From Planctomycetota bacterium (GTDB lineage Bacteria > Planctomycetota > UBA1135 > UBA2386), in NCBI GenBank assembly GCA_965223545.1, contig OZ245006.1:896001-960000 (forward strand): DNA of 64,000 nucleotides, in the 5' to 3' direction. Each line of letters starts with the position of its first letter. Within the stretch, counting starts at the first letter, position 1. The position numbers and the translations under genes were made by a program. The notes under the pieces are model-generated. The model made no database searches, was not told the DNA's origin, and was given only the letters and a program-made list of their open reading frames with translations. This document shows positions 59,486 through 64,000 of this stretch, piece by piece.

Positions 59486-59687
59486 GCCTCCGGCGCCACG
59501 AATCGTCGAGCGGCGACAACCTTTCGGAAGGCTCGATGTCGCTGGAACTTCGACAACGCAGCTCCCGGAGGCTCGAAGACAACACTGGCCTCTGGGCTCA
59601 GCGTGGCCGTCCGGCACCGCTGGATTCGCGGGCTCCGCTACTGCCGCGGTGCGCTCCGTTCTTGGTTGCGGCCTCGGCCGCGCTGAG
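59482..59687 (+). repeat. Dispersed repeat, copy B (extra 84 nt internally)
   Basis: Two blocks match copy A; palindrome GCGGCC-tc-GGCCGC; inverted repeat CTCAGCGTGGCCG (59597-59609) / CGGCCGCGCTGAG (59675-59687). Confidence 0.85.
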
Positions 59688-60546
59688 GCTCCGCCTTCGA
59701 TCGTCCGACGACCCGGCGCCCGATCTCACCGCTTGGCGTGGCGGACTGGTCGCCGGGTTCCTGTGCGCGATGGCCAGTGCGCAGCTCCCCGGCGACGCCG
59801 GCGAGGCCCCCGAGCCGACTTGGACTCTGCTGCGGGAACACGATGAGGCGCGCAGCCGCGCGGCCTTCGCCGCATGCGACGAGGACCGGGATGACCGCAT
59901 CAGCCTGTTCGAGGCGGCGCGCAGGATCGACGGCCTGCAGGACCTGCGCGACATCTCGGTGTTCCGAGAGCTCGACACCAGTGCCGACGGGTTCCTGCAA
60001 TGGCCCGAGTTCGACCAGCGCTACCGCCAGCTGGTGGAGACCGGTCGACCACTTCGGTTGAAGCCCGCCCGCCCCATCGCCCTGCCGCCTTCGACGCCGG
60101 CGGGCGGCGTTCCGCCCGCGATCCGACAGCTGCTGCAGCGACTCGACGACGACCGCGACGGTCGCATCGGGCTCGCAGCGCTCACCGCCGCGATCGAGCA
60201 GATGGGCTTCGCCAAGGCCGCGGCCGCCCACGTGCCCCGGCTGGATCGCGACGGTTCCGGGGACCTCGACGCCGCCGAGCTCGCGGTGCTGGTCCCACTG
60301 CTGGGTGGCACGCCGGCCGATCGCGGCGACGCGGGCACATCACCCTTGCCACCGGAGCACGCTGCGGCCGATCAGAACGGAGACGGCACGATCGGCCTGC
60401 TCGAGCTCGACGCCGCCCTCAAGAGCCTCCACCCCGGACTCACTCGTTGGACCCGAACGATCCTGACCGACGCCGACGAGAGCGGCGACGGCGCCATCGG
60501 CAGCGCCGAGATCTTGCGGGCGACGAGCCGACAAGACACGCGATGA
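59482..60546 (+). CDS. EF-hand domain protein (6 EF-hand-like loops), probably exported
   Basis: DEDRDDRIS, DTSADGFLQWPEF, DDDRDGRIG, DRDGSGDLDAAEL, DQNGDGTIGLLEL and DESGDGAIGSAEI; GTGA overlap with the upstream gene. Start uncertain. Confidence 0.8.
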   Translation: MSLRRHESSSGDNLSEGSMSLELRQRSSRRLEDNTGLWAQRGRPAPLDSRAPLLPRCAPFLVAASAALRLRLRSSDDPAPDLTAWRGGLVAGFLCAMASAQLPGDAGEAPEPTWTLLREHDEARSRAAFAACDEDRDDRISLFEAARRIDGLQDLRDISVFRELDTSADGFLQWPEFDQRYRQLVETGRPLRLKPARPIALPPSTPAGGVPPAIRQLLQRLDDDRDGRIGLAALTAAIEQMGFAKAAAAHVPRLDRDGSGDLDAAELAVLVPLLGGTPADRGDAGTSPLPPEHAAADQNGDGTIGLLELDAALKSLHPGLTRWTRTILTDADESGDGAIGSAEILRATSRQDTR

Positions 60547-63500
60547 CGCAACCGCTCCGCCGGTGCGCGCGCGGAGTGGTGCTCGCCGTCACGGCGGCCG
60601 CGCCGCTCGCCGCGCAATCTCCAGCGAACGCCGCCCTCCTCGCCGGTGAGCAGGAGGCCTTGGCCGCCAAGGCCGCGGCCGACTATCCGGCCGCGGCCGA
60701 CCGCTTCCGCGAGCTGCTCGCCATCGCGGTCGCCCGCGATGGGGACGCCGAGCGCGCCGCTCTGGCCGAGTACTTCGCCCTGATGGCCGCCAACCTGACC
60801 ACGCACGCCGGCACCTGGGCGGCGTTGGACGACGCACTGCAGGCGGCGGCCGGCGCGCCTCTGGCAGACCGACATCCCTGGCTCGACGACGCGCTGCGGC
60901 AACTCTCGGTGCGCGTCGCGATCGAGCGCGGTGACGTGACCGAGGTCACGACGCGCACCGCCGAAGCCGGGTTCATCGACGCGTTTTGGCTGGCCGGACC
61001 GTTCGACAACGAGCGCGGCGCCGGCTTCTCGCGGCAACTGCCACCGGAAGAAGACGTGGACCTGGAGGCGCAGTACGAGGGCAAGAAGCGCGCCGTCGGC
61101 TGGCGACCGCTGCCGGTGCCCGCGCCGCCGGGTGGCCACATCGACCTCGACGCGATGATGCGGCCCAACGACCAGGTGCTGGCCTACTGCGCGACCGCGC
61201 TGATGGCGGAGGCCGAGCGCGATGCGCTGCTGCACCTCGGCTCGGACGAGGCCTTCGCGGTGTTCCTCAACGGCGAACGCATCGGCGGCCGCGACGTGCG
61301 CCGCCCGTTCGCACCCGACCAGGACGTGCTGGTGCTGCCGCTGGTGCCCGGTGCCAACCTGCTGTTGATCAAGGTCTGCGAGCAAGACGGCGCATTCGCG
61401 CTCGCCGCGCGGCTGACGCAAGTCGACGGCCAGCCGTTGACCGACGTGCGCGCTTCGGATCGCCGCGAGGACCTCGACGCCGCCCGGCGCACCACCGCGC
61501 GCGCCGCGCACCTCGAGCGCGCGACGACCGGCGCGGTCAGCTTCTTCGCCGACCGCGTGGACCGCGGCGGTGATCCGCGGGACGCCATCCGGCTGGCCTA
61601 CCTGCTCGGCATGCGCACGCCGGATGACCAGACCGAGCGGCGCGACGCCACCCTCGCCGAACGCGCGGTCGAGGCACTTCCCGACGACGACAACGCGCTC
61701 TACCTGCGCGCGTTCACCCGCATCCGCACCGCGGCGATCAGCGCCGAGCTCGACGACAACCTCCGGCGGCGGGATTACGAGCGCATTCTGGCGCGCAACC
61801 CCCAACACGCGCAGTCGTTGATCGCGCTGGCGCGCCTCGAGCGCGCCAGCGGCCTGTTCCGCGTCGCGGAGGACCTGCTGCACCGCGCCCTGGCGCAGCG
61901 GCCCGACAACACAGCGGCGCTGGTCGAGCTGGCGGCGACGCAGGAGATGCGCGGTCACCCGGAGATCGCGATCCAGACGCTGCGCAAGGCCCTGCAAACC
62001 GAGCCCGTCCCGCCGCGAGCGCGCCGGGCGCTGGGTCACTTGCTGGCCGCGCAGGGTGCGCCGCGCCCCGCCATCGAGCTGTTGCGCGCCGATTTGAGCA
62101 ACAGCTTCGCACTCGCCGCCGCCGAGGATCTGTCGACGCTGCTGCTGCGCACCGGGGCCCGCGACGAGGCCGTCGCGCTGCTGCGACGGAGCATCGCGCT
62201 GATGCCGTTCGCCAAGGGCCCGCGCCTGCGGTTGGCGCGGCTGTTGGCCGCCGAAGGCAACGCCGAGGCCGCGTTCTCGACATTCCTCGATTGGCTGCGC
62301 ATCTGTCCGGAGGACGACCAGGTACTGGTCGAGGTCAGCGCGCTGCACGGCCGGCAAGGCGACCGAGAACGGCAGCGCGAGGCGCTGCGGGCCGCGCTCG
62401 AGCTGAACCCCAACGACAAGACCGGCCGCCGCTACCTCGAGTTCCTCGAAGCCGACGAGAAACCGTTCTATCACGACTACGCGATCGACGGCGACGCGGT
62501 CCTCGCCACGGACCCGGGCCCCCCCGCCGACGCCGGCGACGCCAACGATCCCTACTACTACCCCTTGCTGCAGACGGTCGTCCACGCCTACCGCAACGGC
62601 ACGACCAGCACCTACCGGCATCGGATCGTGCGCATCCTCACCGAAGAGGGCGGCCGCCGGATGGCCTTCCACCGGGTTGCGCACTACCGCGGCGAACAGC
62701 GCGCGCGGCTGCTGGACGTGCGCGTGCTCGGCGCCGACGGCAGCGAGCGGCGGCCACGGTTGCGCGGAACCGGAGTCCGGCTGCCACCGCTGAGCCCCGG
62801 CGACACGGTGGAGATCCGCGAGCGCGTCGACGACCTCGGACCGACGTTCTTCGGCGACTACTTCGGCCTCGAGCACAATCTGTCGGCGTCGGACGGGGCA
62901 CCCTGCCGGCGCAGTGAGCTGACCGTCGTGCTGGAGCGCGGCCGTGAGTATCGCACCCAAGTCCGCGGCGGCGCGCCGGCGGCGGAAGCCGGCCAGGATG
63001 CCGCCGGCCACACCGTCCAGACCTGGCGGATGACCGACCTCCCCCGCGCAGTGCTCGAGGAGCGCCGCCCGGCGCGGTCGGAGTCCGATCCCCTGGTGCG
63101 CGTCACCACCTACCGGGACTGGCAGCAGTTCGGGGCGTGGTGGTGGGATCTGATCAAGCGACAGCTGGAGGTGTCGCCGGCGATGCGCGCGCTGGTGGCC
63201 GAGCGCACCGCTGGCCTGAGCAGCGCGCGGGAGAAGATCGACGCACTGTACGAGTTCGTCACCACCGACGTGCGCTACACGGCGTGGGAGTTCGGCGTCC
63301 ACGGCTACAAGCCCTACAGCACGCCAGTGGTGTTCGAGCGGCGCCACGGCGACTGCAAGGACAAGGCGCTGCTGCTGGTCGCCCTGCTGTCGGAGCTCGA
63401 CATCCCGGCGTTCCCGGTGCTGATCCACGCGGATCCACTGCGCAGCGAGGACGATCTCTCGCTGCCGCTGGTACGCCACTTCAACCACTGCATCGCCTAC

Positions 63501-64000
63501 GTCCCGCCGTTCGACGACCAACCCGGCCGGTTTCTCGACGGCACCGCCACCTATCACCCAGCGGACACCCTGCCGGAGATGGATCAGGGCGCTGCGGTCC
63601 TCATCGTCCAGCCCGACGGTGTCGCGCTCGACAAGACCGCGTGGGTGCGCGCCGAAGACAACGCAGACGAGTCGAACTGGGGCGTCTCCCTCCAGCCTTC
63701 AGGCGCCGCTCGGGTCGCGCTGCAACAGCGCGCGGTGGGCAACCGAGCAGTGCCGTTGCGAGAGTCGCTGAGCAACACGCCCGCCAAGCGCACCGAGCAA
63801 ATCGAACGCCGCCTGACCGCCGCGGTGGGCACGGTGGACGTCCTGTCGGTCTCGAGCAGCGACCCCCACGACCTCGATGACGTGGTCGAGCTCACGGTCG
63901 AGTTCGACGCGCGCGAGCTGGCGGCACGAGTCGCCGGCCGGCAGACCCTGTCGCTGCCCCTGGGGCTGGAGACCGAGGAGCTGCAGGGCTTGGTGCGCGC
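60543..64000 (+). CDS. Large secreted TPR + DUF3857 + transglutaminase-like protein (runs off window; absent from the ORF track)
   Basis: ATGA overlap at 60543; manual translation gives signal peptide MTQPLRRCARGVVLAVTAAAPLAAQ, WLAGPFDN beta-sandwich, TPRs, LSPGDTVE and the in-frame triad GDCKDKA (about 63350), FNHCIAY, FLDGTA. Confidence 0.88.
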   Translation, partial: MTQPLRRCARGVVLAVTAAAPLAAQSPANAALLAGEQEALAAKAAADYPAAADRFRELLAIAVARDGDAERAALAEYFALMAANLTTHAGTWAALDDALQAAAGAPLADRHPWLDDALRQLSVRVAIERGDVTEVTTRTAEAGFIDAFWLAGPFDNERGAGFSRQLPPEEDVDLEAQYEGKKRAVGWRPLPVPAPPGGHIDLDAMMRPNDQVLAYCATALMAEAERDALLHLGSDEAFAVFLNGERIGGRDVRRPFAPDQDVLVLPLVPGANLLLIKVCEQDGAFALAARLTQVDGQPLTDVRASDRREDLDAARRTTARAAHLERATTGAVSFFADRVDRGGDPRDAIRLAYLLGMRTPDDQTERRDATLAERAVEALPDDDNALYLRAFTRIRTAAISAELDDNLRRRDYERILARNPQHAQSLIALARLERASGLFRVAEDLLHRALAQRPDNTAALVELAATQEMRGHPEIAIQTLRKALQTEPVPPRARRALGHLLAAQGAPRPAIELLRADLSNSFALAAAEDLSTLLLRTGARDEAVALLRRSIALMPFAKGPRLRLARLLAAEGNAEAAFSTFLDWLRICPEDDQVLVEVSALHGRQGDRERQREALRAALELNPNDKTGRRYLEFLEADEKPFYHDYAIDGDAVLATDPGPPADAGDANDPYYYPLLQTVVHAYRNGTTSTYRHRIVRILTEEGGRRMAFHRVAHYRGEQRARLLDVRVLGADGSERRPRLRGTGVRLPPLSPGDTVEIRERVDDLGPTFFGDYFGLEHNLSASDGAPCRRSELTVVLERGREYRTQVRGGAPAAEAGQDAAGHTVQTWRMTDLPRAVLEERRPARSESDPLVRVTTYRDWQQFGAWWWDLIKRQLEVSPAMRALVAERTAGLSSAREKIDALYEFVTTDVRYTAWEFGVHGYKPYSTPVVFERRHGDCKDKALLLVALLSELDIPAFPVLIHADPLRSEDDLSLPLVRHFNHCIAYVPPFDDQPGRFLDGTATYHPADTLPEMDQGAAVLIVQPDGVALDKTAWVRAEDNADESNWGVSLQPSGAARVALQQRAVGNRAVPLRESLSNTPAKRTEQIERRLTAAVGTVDVLSVSSSDPHDLDDVVELTVEFDARELAARVAGRQTLSLPLGLETEELQGLVR

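Noticed and set aside
60372..63557. 1061-aa minus-strand ORF
   Set aside because: It is the antisense shadow of the real plus-strand transglutaminase-like gene; it has no motifs, and such shadows are expected at this GC content.

Overview
This is a GC-rich (roughly 70% by eye) core-genome window, most likely from a deep-branching, uncultured-type Planctomycetota bacterium. The assignment is inferred from 16S signature sites, a short 5S rRNA, an LpxC-FabZ fusion and a 'DMG'-type Ser/Thr kinase. About 44 CDS are supported, including housekeeping genes (trpS, ribE, trmD, rplS, secDF, nadB, hflX, tex) and envelope genes (an MCE/Mla-type ABC system, lpxC-fabZ, skp, waaF, an LPS kinase and an L,D-transpeptidase). 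The window also holds a linked tRNA-free 16S-23S-5S operon on the minus strand, a 6S RNA and several signalling modules. I found no transposase, integrase, prophage or CRISPR array. The strongest leads are: (1) a lipoprotein built from about 20 aromatic/Pro hairpin repeats, translationally coupled to mlaEFD as a candidate new outer-membrane partner of an MCE lipid transporter; (2) a stand-alone secreted paralog of the SecD periplasmic P1 domain; (3) a putative ~240-nt structured sRNA convergent with a small Sm/Hfq-like gene; (4) a palindromic DNA repeat sitting in frame at the 5' ends of two unrelated genes; (5) an FHA-GAF-sigma54 activator coupled to a membrane Ser/Thr kinase; (6) several apparent pseudo-enzymes (M28 peptidase, NYN, Tex). 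Start codons were chosen by eye, and all family calls come from motif recognition, not database searches.
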